Positions 42,151-55,929 of a stretch of DNA of 64,000 nucleotides are shown in pieces. The number at the start of each line of letters is the position of its first letter. Position 1 is the stretch's first letter. The stretch lies in the NCBI RefSeq assembly GCF_006345805.1, contig NW_021835462.1, forward strand, positions 14,920 through 78,919. Direction: 5' to 3'. Source of the DNA: Octopus sinensis. Its lineage: Eukaryota. Position numbers and translations under genes: made by a program. The notes under the pieces were generated by a model. That model worked only from the letters and a program-made list of their open reading frames with translations. It had not been told where the DNA came from and ran no database searches.

Positions 42151-45100
42151 CAATAAATATATCTTCAAACACATATTCATGTGTATGTGTGTGACGCGTA
42201 ATGTAGCCTAACTTACGCAACTAATAACACAGATTACGAAACAACTGTTAACTAAAAGAATAAACATATCTTTATTCTGTTACTAATATCCAGTCAATAT
42301 ATTTCAATATATGTGTATGTATGCGTCTCCTTTTGCTTATGATTGTTCCCCCTTGACAACAGGTGTTAGTTTTGTTTACGTCCTCATAAGTCAAGAGAGT
42401 CCGAGACTATACTTAAAAAAAATATACTGGAGTCGATAAATTTAATTAAAATCCTTCAAGGTGGTGCTGCAACGTGGCCGCAGTCCAATGACTGAGACGA
42501 ATGGAAACTAAAAGATAAAGATAATACTCAGGCTTGTTGATCAGTGATTTACTTCAAACAGCCAGCCTGGAGACCAAACGCTGTTTAAAGTTTTGCATAA
42601 AGTCACAGATATGTAGGAAGGTTTATAGATGTATGGCTCACGTGTTCTTTTCGCAATAATGCCATTTTGCCGTTGATTCCACTGCACATGACTGACCTTC
42701 GTCAGGTGTCGTTGGAAGTAAGAGAGAATATGCGAGGAAACTTGGAAGAATGGTAGAGTTAAGACTTTTGTAGAGATTAGAACTACCACACTAAAAGAAC
42801 TCCAGAGGAACCCTTCACCCCCACGCAGGCTGCAAGCATAGCTACAGGTCCGCAGTATGAATTTAACTTCAAGCCACCCGATTGACAGACACTTGGATGA
42901 TTGGAAGGGTTGTTAACTAAATCATGAGCAAGTAGAACATAATCTGCTCGTGATCTCGTATTTATTTTATCAACAAACATTAAAGGCAAAGTGAACGTTG
43001 GTTAGGTTTGAAAGAAGGTAACTAAATGCCATATGGCCTTTAATCCAGCTCTCAACCCTTCTTCTGCTGCTCCGCCCAAATCTGTTATAAATAATTAAAA
43101 TAATATTTGATATTGTTCATATCGTTTCTCTTATCCAACATTGACAAAACGTTACGTACAACAGCCCCTTCATATTCTTATCATTTTCCCCTCCTTTAAT
43201 TAACTTCCTCAGTAATTCCCATTTAATCATTCAGTATTGTTCTAAGGAAGAATGTTTCATATAGTCTTACAGCAAATGGTTTTTATTTTCTCTTACTTTC
43301 ATGTTCGTTTAATCTTTAACCCCACAACTTCGTACTTTACTTCTGATCTAGCATCATAAAAGGAAGCCTCTAAGAGGACTTAAGTAGTTATAGCTCATAC
43401 TACAAATAATATATTTAGGAGTTCTTTTTAGTTGTCTTCACAATCAAGCAGTGAGTGCTTTCACAAATAGAAAGCCCTTGATCGCCGCAGCGAGACCATC
43501 ACCTCGAGTTCTCCAAATCTACAAACATTTCCCTCTTGTCTATTATACTTCCCCATCAAACACATATTTGCCAAGAAATGCCAGGTTTTGTCGCCTTGTT
43601 TATAGTCATCGCAGACATACTAAATATAGATTCGCTTTTTATTATGAAATTCAGCAGAGAAATCTAAACACAGCAAACTGGATTTTGATTTAAGGAAAAA
43701 TTAATTATAAACTTGAAACGATGCAACTGTGTAAATGATTTTTATGCCAAGAGGTACCGTTTGGGCGGAAAACTGACAGTCGTCAGAGAGGTCAACAGAA
43801 TAGTTTGCGGCTTTTGTTCCGGCTCTCTTCGTTTCGAGTTCAAATCCTGCTGAAGTCAATTTTGCTTTTCATCTTTCCATAAAACATAATAGCGATCCAA
43901 TGCGCTGGACTGGCAGAACTGTAAGAACATCATAACGGTTACCGTGTGGTGTTTGCCCCGGCTCTTAACCTTCTGATTTCAAATCCTGCCAAGGTCTACT
44001 TGGACAGTAGTATTATCTCGTTGCCCTATCACGTTGATTTAAACTATCATTAACCCTAAGCCTAAAAATGACCTCCAACCCTAAATACTAAACTACAACT
44101 ATATACCTTCCTCTAATTCTCTTAGTTGCCATTGAAGCATATAAAAATGACGAATTCTGGGTTTCCGTATTGTCAACAATGGGTGGATCTGATTGACTGG
44201 TTAAGATTATAATCTGTAAAGATTCGTGACTTTTTCTTTTTAATGATTTCTCAAAAAGAAAAAAATAAATCGCAGTGATATTCATAATTGACATGAAAAG
44301 CTAAATTTGTATCGAAATACAATAAAACGTAGACCGTCCTTCAAACAGAAAAAATTCAATAGTTTTCTTCTGACTCAAATTAACTTTAACATTTTTCTAT
44401 ACATTTTTGTGAAGTGTCACTCGTAAATATTTTTCGAATGTACTGCGAGTTCAAAATGTTTGGGAATCAATACGGAAGACCAAATCTATATTCACAGGAT
44501 CACGGTACCGGCCAGACCATCAAATGATGTTATATACCGCTAATCACAATGCGCTTCCAATTCTCTCTTGATTGCGCCATACTTTTTCACCTTGACCCAA
44601 ATTGCTTAATTAAATCGTCTTCCCATCACCGTGGAGGCCTTCCAAGTGGCCTTTTCTGATCTTTTTTATTCTGTATTCAAATCTGAAATACAAAGAACTT
44701 AATTCTAACTCCGCCTTCTTTCGACTGATTTTTAAAAAATGTCGCATATTTTTTACAATGAATAAAAGATGACTCGTACAGAGCCAAGTCGCTTTTTATT
44801 TATTTATTTATTTATTTATTTATTTGTGGCAGCGCCGTATGGTAACTAAACAACAGCCCCTTATAATCTATTCAAGAAACTGGATTCCCCTTTGATTTCA
44901 CTTTGATTCGAAACTGTTGTGTATTATCTTACCATTGTCTCGGTTTATCTTTTTCTTACTCCCTTTCTTTGTTTCTTACTCTTTTTTTCGTTTTCTTTCT
45001 TTTTCTTTTGCTGCTGTCTTTAATGCATACCATATTCTTGTCGATTTGAATCATTGACATAACTCAACAGTTTCTGCCAGGTTCCTTCAAAAGAACCGTT

Positions 45101-45448
45101 TTAAAACTGCCATTCCAGAATTCATTACTAAAATGTTTAAAAAAAATTAAGAAATTAATTTGAAAACCACACCGTTCCAATATATTGTGGAATTTATATA
45201 TTTTTATATTTCTTCGTTCTGCCTTTAGTTTTATATTCCTTTTTATGCAACAACACTCTGCTTGTCTTTGAAACTCTTCATACAGCTTCGTTTTTATGCG
45301 TCCTCTCTACCACTTGTCAGACGGTCTCTCTATTTCTCTCTTAGAACTCCAGACATCTCCAAAACTAGATCTTTGAAACTTCACATACGACTTCAACTCC
45401 ATACTTCGTCTGCGCCACATTTAACTGCTCTCCACGTCTATATTAGAT

Positions 45449-45838
45449 CTCTTTCTTTCTCCGTCGGTTACGACGACGAGGGTTCCGGTTGATCCGAATC
45501 AACGGAACAGCCTGCTCGTGAAATTAACGTGTAAGTGGCTGAGCACTCCACAGACACGTGTACCCTTAACGTAGTTCTCGGGGATATTCAGCGTGACACA
45601 GAGAGTGACAAGGCCGGCCCTTTGAAATACAGGTACAACAGAAACAGGAAGTAAGAGTGAGAGAAAGTTGTGGTGAAAGAGTACAGCAGGGATCACCACC
45701 AACCATCCCTGCCGGAGCCTCGTGGAGCATTTTAGGTGTTTTCGCTCAATAAATACTCACAACGCCTGGTCTGGGAATCGAAACAGCGATCTCACGACCG
45801 CGAGTCCGCTGCCTTAACCACTGGGCCATTGCACCTCC
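45449..45838 (-). mobile_element. tRNA(Arg)-like-head SINE with alternative tail and 9-bp TSD
   Basis: Head and body match 4089-4290; TSD ATATTAGAT at 45440-45448 and 45839-45847. Confidence 0.88.
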
Positions 45839-46149
45839 ATATTAGATGTCCTGACATCTAAAACATAGATTACTCACTCTCTATAGCAACATCAACATGT
45901 CCTCACATATTTCCTTCATTATATTAACCTCTCCTAGATTGATGGTTTCCTTTTATCAGTCAAAGCGGTCTTTCTAGAAAACAGACGACTTCACTAGGCT
46001 ATGCCATAAATTTACAGTCGGGCTTTTTAAAAGATTCATTGATATATTTTACTTTAATATTGTCAATGCTTTCTCCCCACCAACCTCCCTCTCTTTCTCT
46101 CTTTCTCTTTCATCGTGCTTCTCTCATATATCTTGTCTTTCTTATAGGA

Positions 46150-46287
46150 TTCATAAGTTGCTTGTCATCACACACATATATATATACATTTACAAATATA
46201 TATATATGTGTGTGTGTGTGTGCATATATACATATATAATATATATATATATATATACGCACATACACACATATATACATACATATA

Positions 46288-46333
<46 letters not shown>

Positions 46334-46650
46334 TATACATTTGCAAATATATATGTGTGTGTGTGTGTGCATATATACATATATAATACATATATATATA
46401 ATATATATACATATTACATATATACATATATACATATATATTCATATATATATATATATACATACATATATACATATACACACATATATACATACATATA
46501 CACACACACATATATACATACATATATTCATATATATATATATATATATATACAATATATATACATATTATGTATATATATATTATATTTATGTTTATAT
46601 ATATATGTATGTACATATATAGATTTATATGTTATGTAAGTATCTATATA

Positions 46651-46682
<32 letters not shown>

Positions 46683-46700
46683 TATATATATGTATGTATG
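46150..46700. repeat. compound (TA)/(CA)/(TG) microsatellite with a ~165-bp internal duplication
   Basis: catttRcaaatatatat...gtgtgcatatatacatatataat occurs twice. Confidence 0.8.
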
Positions 46701-46865
46701 TGTATGTATGTATGCATGTATATTGATAGATAGAAAGGTACATACATAAATACAAACACGCATACATACATACATACATATTCGAGTGTGTATGCTCTCA
46801 CAGAGCATACACTATATATGCAGCAGACACAAGACTGACAACGCATATATATAAATAAGGATACC

Positions 46866-47098
46866 TATTTCTTTATTATCCACAAGGGACTAAACACAGA
46901 GGGGACAAACAAGGACAGACATAGGTATTAAGTCGATTATATCGACCCCTGTGCGTAACTGGTACTTAACTTATCGACCCCGAAAGGATGAAAGGCAAAG
47001 TCGACCTAGGCGGAATTCGAACTCACAACGTAACGACAGACGAATTACGGCTACCCATTTCGCCTGGCGTGCTAACGTTTCTGCCAGCTCGCCGCCTT
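46866..47098 (-). mobile_element. SINE family B with ~18-bp TSD
   Basis: tatataaataa(g/a)gatacc on both flanks. Confidence 0.88.
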
Positions 47099-47444
47099 TA
47101 TATATAAATAAAGATACCGACAGACGGACAGATAGAAAAAAGAGAGAAGCAGAGAGAGAGAAGGGGGGGAGAAAGAGAAAACCTTTGAGGTTTTATCAAT
47201 TCGGCTTCTGGGTTATCGGGTTGGGGTCTAAGACGTGAGTTGCAATAAAACCTGTTGCAAATACGCGAACAGTACTCAAAGCTGAATCACAGTTGAGCTT
47301 TATAGAGGGTATGTACCCGAACAAATTGATATTCTAACTCTTTCAGGATGGAGAAATGGTGTGATACAGACTGTACAGATCTTTATTTCATCATTGATGT
47401 ACGTACATGCGTTGGTACAAACGTGTGCAAAAGTAAAGACGCCC

Positions 47445-47758
47445 TTCGGTCATGAATGACCATGGGATTGCACTTAGAATGTGAATGTTCCCCCCTCCGA
47501 GGCACAAATCAGAGCAAGGCTGTTTATGGAAGACCAGCGGTCACCCATGCATTTCAGCCCCGCCTCTCCACGACACCGATGTTATCCAAAGAAAAAGCGA
47601 ACACCGAAAAAGGCTTGGCACCAGCGACGTTGCAACTCGTTTCTACAGCTGAGTGAACTGGAGCAACGTAAAATAAAGTGTCTTCAAGATCACAATACAC
47701 AGCCTGATCCGGGAATCGAACTCACTACGCTTTAACCACTGAGCCATGCCACTTCACA
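47445..47758 (-). mobile_element. tRNA-derived SINE (second head type, third tail)
   Basis: Reverse complement tggctcagtggttaaagcg...gagttcgattccc...ttgctccagttcactcagctg. Confidence 0.75.
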
Positions 47759-47819
47759 CGTACGTGTATCTGTATGTATGTATGTATGTATGTATGTTGC
47801 GTGTGTATCCTTGGCGATT

Positions 47820-47965
47820 TTCTTTCTCCGTCTTCCCTTCTTTGGACTTTTTCTATATTTCTGATGAAGAGCTCCACTCGAAACGTGAAATCCTCTTTCT
47901 TTTCTTTCCTTTCCTAAGCGTCCAACAACACAGTACTTATTCCACGTCCTCGCGTTGTTTTTTCT
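47820..47965 (+). mobile_element. short Penelope-derived element with hammerhead motif (47857-47891)
   Basis: ATTT-CTGATGA-a-GAG ctcca CTC-GAAA-CGTG-AAAT; triplet is GUG, so probably inactive. Confidence 0.65.
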
Positions 47966-48179
47966 GGCATGTTCTTGCTTGGATTGACTATACACAACCA
48001 CACACAACCAAAACACATACACGCAGAGATATAAGATATGATATATAAATATATATATGTATATATATATATTATATATATATATTATATATATATATAT
48101 ATATATTCATATTCATCACAAACAATATGGACAAAATAATTTATCTTAGAAAAAATATTATTCAAATAAGTAAAACATA

Positions 48180-48214
48180 ATATCATGAATAGCATTAGCG
48201 AAACCGGTCGATAT
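48180..48214 (+). ncRNA. degenerate minimal hammerhead motif
   Basis: ATATC-atgaata-GC atta GC-GAAA-CCGG-TC-GATAT: stem I, palindromic ACCGGT stem III and GUC triplet intact; core has two substitutions. Confidence 0.45.
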
Positions 48215-48317
48215 ATTAAAAATTATATTAAAACTATATAAGTGTGCGTATTTTCATTTTTTAATTTCTTATATATATATGTGTGTGTGTGTGTATGCGT
48301 GTGTGTGTGTGTGTGTA

Positions 48318-48354
<37 letters not shown>

Positions 48355-48726
48355 ATGCACGTATGTACATTTTTACTTTCTTCACCCGAAACGTCGTGCA
48401 ATCGTTTAGTGATATTGATATATTGTTTATAACAAACGTAACATTCAGCAATGGACGGGTTGTATTGATGAATTGAAATAATTCTAGGGATATGTAATAA
48501 AGCCTCTTCAGTCCGTTCCCTATTTATTATTTATTAAAAATTCTACGGATATCTGCAGATTTTCACGTGTATATCCAGTGACTGATGAAGTCCCATTGTG
48601 TGATATCATTTGCTAGCCGAAACCTGGAGAGGTGCTTTGGACAGCACACTATAAAGTTTTTACCATGAATATATTAAATTATTTAACTAGCTACTTATAT
48701 GCATCTCCATATACATATATATGTAT

Positions 48727-48903
48727 ATGGAGATGTATGTATGTATGTATGTATGTATGTATGTATGTATGTATGTATGTATGTATGTATGTATGTATGT
48801 ATGTATGTACGTATGTATGTATGTATGTATGTATGTATGTATGTAGGTAGGTAGGTAGGTAGGTAGGTAGGTAGGTAGGTAGGTAGGTAGGTAGGTAGGT
48901 AGG
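48727..48903. repeat. (TATG)n grading into (TAGG)n
   Basis: Direct inspection. Confidence 0.9.
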
Positions 48904-49433
48904 TATAACTATTAACAAGTAAACTTTTGCCAAGCGAGATATATGGTGATAATAACGACCATCATTTAGAGAGATTTCAGGCTCGTCTGAATGTTTGGGA
49001 TGCTTAGCAAAGATGTAGTGCTTGAATGTTTTCGCTGTTCAAAGAGGCCAAGATTGTCGTGTCCTTACTAGACGATGCTCTCAAGGCCTCTGTTCATGGA
49101 ATTAGTGCGAGTTTGATATATGGAGTCTAGGTTATGTGTTGATAATGCATGTTTGGGAAATGTTAAACCCGAATAGAAATCCGGTTCAAGAAAGTTATTC
49201 AGGGAAGAGATTCGGGAACAAAGCTGAACCCTGCGAATCTCCAGATTTGAGCGAAAATGAGGTAGAAAGAGTTTCATCAAACCGAACCGAAACTTCAGAT
49301 CGGAGACAGCAGGTGGGCAGTTTTAGTGGATTTGCTTTTCTGAAGTGTGGTCAAATACAGTGCTTAAATCTAGGCTCCCGCAAAGCGACAAGCTATAAGT
49401 AGACGTTGAAAATATGTAAATACATATACATAT

Positions 49434-49914
49434 AATCAAAATAAGCAAGAGGATATCGAGTAGTAATGCAGTACGGCCGTTTCAAGCGGCTCCATTTAAT
49501 TGAACAATGCAATCATTACATCAATTTAAATGCAATAATTACATCATTTAAATTGATGTAAGGATTGCATTGTTCAATTAAACGGAGCCGCTTGAAACGG
49601 TGGTACGGCATCACTACTCGATATCCTGCTGCTTATTTTGATTTTATTCACCTTACTTCGAGCTGTGCTGATAATACTGGACTTAGTGCTTCAACTTAAG
49701 TGCCTAATTCAAGTGAATCTCAATTATATGTATATACTCAAAATAAGCAACAAGGATATCCATGGTAGAATAGTACAATTGTTTCATGCTACTTCATTTT
49801 ATAAAACAACGTAAGTATTACATAAGTTTTAAAATGTCGAGCAATCTTCAGCCACTTATAGAATTTTCCATTTAAACGGACAATGCACAATCTTATCCCT
49901 ATTTCATTTGCCAA

Positions 49915-49917
<3 letters not shown>
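49434..49917. mobile_element. foldback element (210-bp hairpin, 49434-49643) plus associated modules
   Basis: ~99-bp arms with 12-nt loop 49533-49544; downstream modules match 8510-8620 and 9280-9462. Confidence 0.8.
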
Positions 49918-49954
<37 letters not shown>

Positions 49955-49964
49955 ATATAATATA

Positions 49965-50390
49965 TATATAACATTCAGCATCTTGTCAGGTATACCAAGC
50001 TTTTTCAGATCTTTCCATAGTGCTTGTCGGTTAACATTGCCGAAGGCCTTAGTAAGGTCAACGAATACTATGAATAGCTCATGGTTCATCTCCCGTACCA
50101 TCTCCATGACCTGTCCAAGGTAAAAGAACATGTCGATAATGCCATGACCAGAGCGAAATCCGCACTGATGATTCTGCATATAGATATCATTTACAACGTG
50201 TTTGATGATCCTGCCGAGAATAAGTCGAGCAAGAATCTTACAATAGACAGGAGCGATATCCCACGATGATTACGAAAGACATTTTCTGTTTGCAAGATCT
50301 GTGGGCCTTCTTGCAAATTGTTGGCATAAGCATTATGACTGTCAAAGAAAGAATATGTTGTCGGAGCCTCATACCTCAAAACCGTCAGGA
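49965..50390 (-). pseudogene. RTE-type LINE RT remnant
   Basis: NHRGISLLSI, QCGFRSGHGIIDMFF, VFVDLTKAFGNVNRQALWK..K.GIPDK. Confidence 0.85.
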
Positions 50391-50667
50391 GGATCCATTA
50401 TATACATACAAACATACATACATACATACATTATATACATACAAACATACATACATACATACATACATACATACATACATACATACATAACATACATACA
50501 TACATGCATACATACATACATACATACATACATATTGATATATCTATTGATATATTGATATATCTATATCTATATATATATAATATATATACATATCATA
50601 TATATATATATATATGTATATATAAATTTATGTTTATGCATATATATATAAATTTATATATATATAT

Positions 50668-50704
<37 letters not shown>

Positions 50705-50705
<1 letters not shown>

Positions 50706-51212
50706 TAGCAGTATCGCCCGGCGTTTGCTCGGGTTTGTAAGGGAAATAACTATATAAGCATTTTTAGAGAGTTACTTCCTTATAGATGCCAATTCGGGCT
50801 TTCTTAGCATTTCTGTTTTGGTGTCTTCAAGCCATGAAGTCGTTGTTCTAAAAGAACGCTGGTCTCCTTGACAACGCTTTACGACGTTGATTTCCTTACA
50901 CTCCCTCCCCACAGCTTCACGAGGGAGGGAAGAAGGGGGAGAAGCAAACAGGTGCAGGTGTGACCATGGACGCCAACTCCGTCGCCATCGACACACGAAA
51001 CATTATGCATTAAAATGGAATAAAAATTTATGTTAAATTATTTTTAAAATCGTAGACTCATCGAGACCGCGCTAATACTCAGACGGGCTCGATATGAATC
51101 ACGACTATAAGATACCTGAATTTGGTTAAACTGCACCGCAAAATGTGGGAGGAGTTAGGAATCTAAATCGAAGGGGACAGACACTCACACAACTACAGTT
51201 TTATATATATGA
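50705..51212 (-). mobile_element. non-autonomous Helitron-like element
   Basis: Minus strand 5' A|TC at 51212 and 3' acccgagcaaacgccggg hairpin followed by CTAG|T at 50705-50708. Confidence 0.8.
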
Positions 51213-51236
51213 TATGTACGTACGTATGTATGCATG

Positions 51237-51283
<47 letters not shown>

Positions 51284-51999
51284 GTACGTACGTACGTACG
51301 TACGCATGTCTGTCTGTCTGTCGGTCTGTCTGTCTGTATGTATGTATGTATGTATGTATGTGTGTATAAAGAGTGTGGCCATCGAAAACTACTCATCCTG
51401 GTACAAAAGACAGCAATAACAAAAAAAAAAATGGCAACTTGTATCACTTTGTGTCTACGTATGTAAATTTATGCTTCATCTTCCTGCTTCTGCAAGTTTG
51501 GTAATCATTAGCCGTGAGTAGTGGTAGGGCCAGGGGGGGCACGGGGTTTGTGGCGGGGGGGGTTGTCACGGCTTTAAAAATATAACATTCTACACACACC
51601 AAACGTTTCACGGCGAATCACCAAAACCGATTCAATTCCAGATGCTAAAATTCCAATGTCACCGAACTATATTCATATACACGTATGTGGTTGCGTTTGT
51701 GTGTGTGTGTCTGTGTCTCTGTGTGTGTATACACACATTTGCTAATATCGTTATTACTGTTGTTGTTAGTGTTTGTTTTGTTTTTGCTTTTGTTTTTATT
51801 TTTGTAGTTTTGGACATGAAGGGTCGTCGGTGGCGGCTTTCGTGCCTGGAAATGTTGTTGATATATGTATAATGGTTTTATTACATACGTACATATATAT
51901 ACCTACACATATATATATATATATGTATAGGTGTGTGTGCGAGTGTATTTATATATGTGTATGTATGTATATCTGCATATATATATACATATATTTAGA

Positions 52000-52621
52000 G
52001 ATAGATAGATAACTAGATAGATAGACACACGCATATGTATATATAGGCATAGATGCATACGTATATATGTCTATCTATTTATATGATGTATACTTCTGTG
52101 TGTATATATCTATATATATATCAATGCATCAACTATATATCTTTCTCTCTTTCTCTCCCTCTCTCTCTCTATATATATTTATATGTGTGTGTGTGCGTGT
52201 GTACGTATGTATGCATGTATCTATGAATGCATGTATATGAATGTATGTATATTATGTATATGCACGCTCGTGCTGTTGAGAGTGAAAGAGATGTGTTGAG
52301 AGAAGAAGTAAGTGGGATACATACATAGTTAAATATCTATCTCTCTCTATATATATATATACGTATATATGTATATGTATATGTTATATATATGTATACT
52401 ATATATATGTGTTGTGTATATATATATACAAATATATATGTATATATATATAAGAATATATATATATTTATACTACAAATATATATTTATATAAGTATAT
52501 ATATCTATATATATATTATATATATATTATATATGTATATATAAACATATATAGAGAAATACATATACATATATCCACAGAGAGGATGCATATATATATA
52601 AGGTAATATATATATATATGG

Positions 52622-52665
<44 letters not shown>

Positions 52666-53564
52666 CACTACATACATACTTACATATAAACATACATACA
52701 TACACACTCACATATATATATGTGTCTGAGTTTGTGGTTACCTGTATGTGAGTATGTGTGTGAATATTTTTTAACAAATTCGAAATCGACAGCAAACAAC
52801 CGTTTCTCTTTTGTTAGAAAAAAAATAACACACATACACACACACAAACACACAAAATTCATAAAGAACAAAAAATAAATAAGAAATATGGAAGAAGAGC
52901 AAGAAAGAAGAGAGGCTGACAATAAGAAAACAACAAAAATAAAACAAGAGAAAAACACCAACAGCAACAGCAACAACAAGTAATAGTGAAGTGCTAAACA
53001 GGGAAATGATCTGAAAAAGAGGCGAAAAAATGGTGGTGTCTTTAACTATACGACTCCAACATCAAAGAATAATGGTAGGATGAAAAGAAAGCTTGTAGAT
53101 ATATAAAGACACAATTCTACAGACTCCCCACGATCTCAGAAACTAAAATATAGACATACGTGAATAGGTGTATGTATGCGTGTGTATATGTGTATATATA
53201 TATATCAACATAAATATATATATATATATAATACATATATATATATATACATATACATATACATATATATATACACACACACATATATATATATATATTA
53301 ATATATATATTATAATATGTATATGTATATGTATACACACCCACAGACAACATATATAAGGTATGTACGTATATAGATAATGTAAACGACATTGAAGAGA
53401 TGAAGAGAAGGAGGTTCCATTTTCTCAAAGCATTTAAACTCATGTTGTGGTATACATACATATATTCGTACATACATACATACATGCATAGTATATGTGT
53501 CTGTGCGTGTATGTATATATGTATGTATGTATGTTGTATGTATGTATGTATGTATGTATGTATG

Positions 53565-53618
<54 letters not shown>

Positions 53619-54130
53619 ATATATACATATTTATATATATAATATATATATACACATACATATACATATACATACGTGTTTATAAAGATAATTATATATT
53701 TATATATATGTATATGTATATTTACGTATGTATGCATGTATGTATGTACGTATACACACGCACGTATAAACATGTAATTAACAGATATGTATACATACAC
53801 ACACACACATATATATATACATATATATATTTATATATATATATATTGTATATATATATATATATGTATTTATATATATATATAATTTATTATATATATA
53901 TACATATATTTATATATATATATATCTATATATATATATATATTATCGTATATATGCAATATATATATATATATATATACATATAAATTATATAATATAT
54001 ATATATTCATATATATATATATATATACACATACTTTAAAAACGACGAAACGCGCAACTACATTCAAAGACGTATAAAGACACACACACACACACATTCA
54101 CACAAACACACACACACACACACAAAGTGA
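52000..54130. repeat. long compound (TA)/(CA)/(TATG) low-complexity region
   Basis: Direct inspection. Confidence 0.85.
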
Positions 54131-54242
54131 CACAGAGAATGTTGTTCCTATACAGTTTTGTGTAGTAACGATCAAACATTCAATATATTTCTCTTGTTTT
54201 TTGATGTGGAATATTCAAGTGAACACTTCACTCATAGAATTT

Positions 54243-54256
54243 CGCCCTCTGGTGGC
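54243..54256 (-). promoter_or_regulatory. CTCF-like motif candidate
   Basis: Reverse complement GCCACCAGAGGGCG fits the CCASYAGRKGGCR consensus, in non-repetitive sequence. Confidence 0.3.
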
Positions 54257-55338
54257 TGATTATTCCACAGACAATTGTATTCATCACATAGTACTCAACT
54301 AGAGTCACCTTGACGTTCCGTGACTTGGAACTTCGAAGTACTGTCACAATCCATCCGATAGGCTTCCAAAACGTTTCTGCTCTCCCACAAATGTTCTGTT
54401 TTCCGTTCTTTGCTGAGAAGTTTCCGATGAGTCGGGAACAAGGGTTAAAGAAACTTGTTAAAATGTCTCGCAGCTGAATCGAACCACGGACCATAACCAC
54501 TCCTATTCATGAAAATACACACGTGCACACGCAGTGTCACACCTACAATCTAACTTGTACTTATAGCGCGTGGGCCAAAAGTCACGACGTCTGGGTTGCA
54601 AATTGTGATCCGCTGGCAAAATCGTACGGCTTCGTCTATTGCACCAACGCCATTTTATAATTCGTGACTTTAGCCCTCTCCCCCCCACACACACATCCAC
54701 ACTGCCATGATTGCATACACGTAATACATACACACACACGTATTCATTCACATACATACTCACACATGCACACATACTCACAATCACACACACACATACA
54801 CACACAAACATACAAATACACACACAATCACATACACCCGCATACACACACTGACACGCACACACATTCACACGCACGCTCACACACGCACACATGTAAT
54901 CACACACTCACACGCACTCACACATACACTCGCACATACACACTCACACACACTCACACACAGACACACTCACACACTCACGCACACGTGCAATCACACA
55001 CACACACTCACACACACTCACAGACAGACACACTCACTCACTCACGCACACACACACTCACATACACTCACACTCACACACACACAGATACACACACACA
55101 AATACATAAGTCCTAAGCAGCCTTATACACTGAATCGTTATGGTGGCCAAACAAAATTTTGTTGGGGTTTTCGTAATTGGTTTTCTTTGGGTAAACTGAA
55201 AGAGAGATATATGTAGAGAACCGTATTCAAGCCTAATGGGTCGCCTGCACCAAAAGGGTTCGGAGTTGGCGGGGCTACGATATTGCGTGTGTAATTTTCA
55301 ACCGCTTAGTTGTAATCAACAGAGTATGCTTTGTAAAG

Positions 55339-55607
55339 GCGGCGAGCTGGCAGAAACGTTAGCGCGACGGGCGAAATGCTTGGCGGTATTTCGTCTGCCA
55401 TTACGTTCTGTGTTCAAATTCCACCAAGGTAGACTTTGCCTTTCATCCTTTCGGGGTCGATAAATTAAATACCAGTTATGCACTGGGGTCGATATAATCG
55501 ACTTAATCCGTTTGTCTGTCCTTGTTTGTCCTCTCTGTGTTTAGCCCCTTGTGAGTAGTAAAGAAATAGATATTTCGTCTGCCGCTTCGTGGGTAGTAGA
55601 GAAATAG
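55339..55607 (+). mobile_element. SINE family B with 15-bp TSD and partial terminal duplication
   Basis: TSD GTATGCTTTGTAAAG at 55324-55338 and 55608-55622. Confidence 0.9.
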
Positions 55608-55669
55608 GTATGCTTTGTAAAGCCAAAGGTAACATTGTAAATAATAATCCTAACACAAAGAGCATATAT

Positions 55670-55832
55670 AGCGCATGCGTGACTGTGTTGTAAGAAGCTT
55701 GCTTCCCAACTACATAGTTCAGAGTTCGATCCCACTGTGTGGCACCTTGGGCATGTGTCTTCAACTATAACCATGGAACGACCAAAGTCTTGTAAGTGGA
55801 TTTGGTTGACAGAAACTAAAAGAAGCCCGTCA
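55670..55832 (+). mobile_element. SINE family A 5' half (3' half apparently at 57325-57565)
   Basis: Head and body up to aaagaagcccgtc, then microsatellite. Confidence 0.75.
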
Positions 55833-55859
55833 CACACACACACACATATAGATAGATAG

Positions 55860-55929
<70 letters not shown>

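Noticed and set aside
42541-42789. QRQNGIIAKRTR as an integrase remnant
   Set aside because: Only a loose echo of the PQQNG.AER motif, with no other DDE features.
49136-49402. 88-aa ORF as a host exon
   Set aside because: No recognisable domain, weak acceptor and no partner exons.
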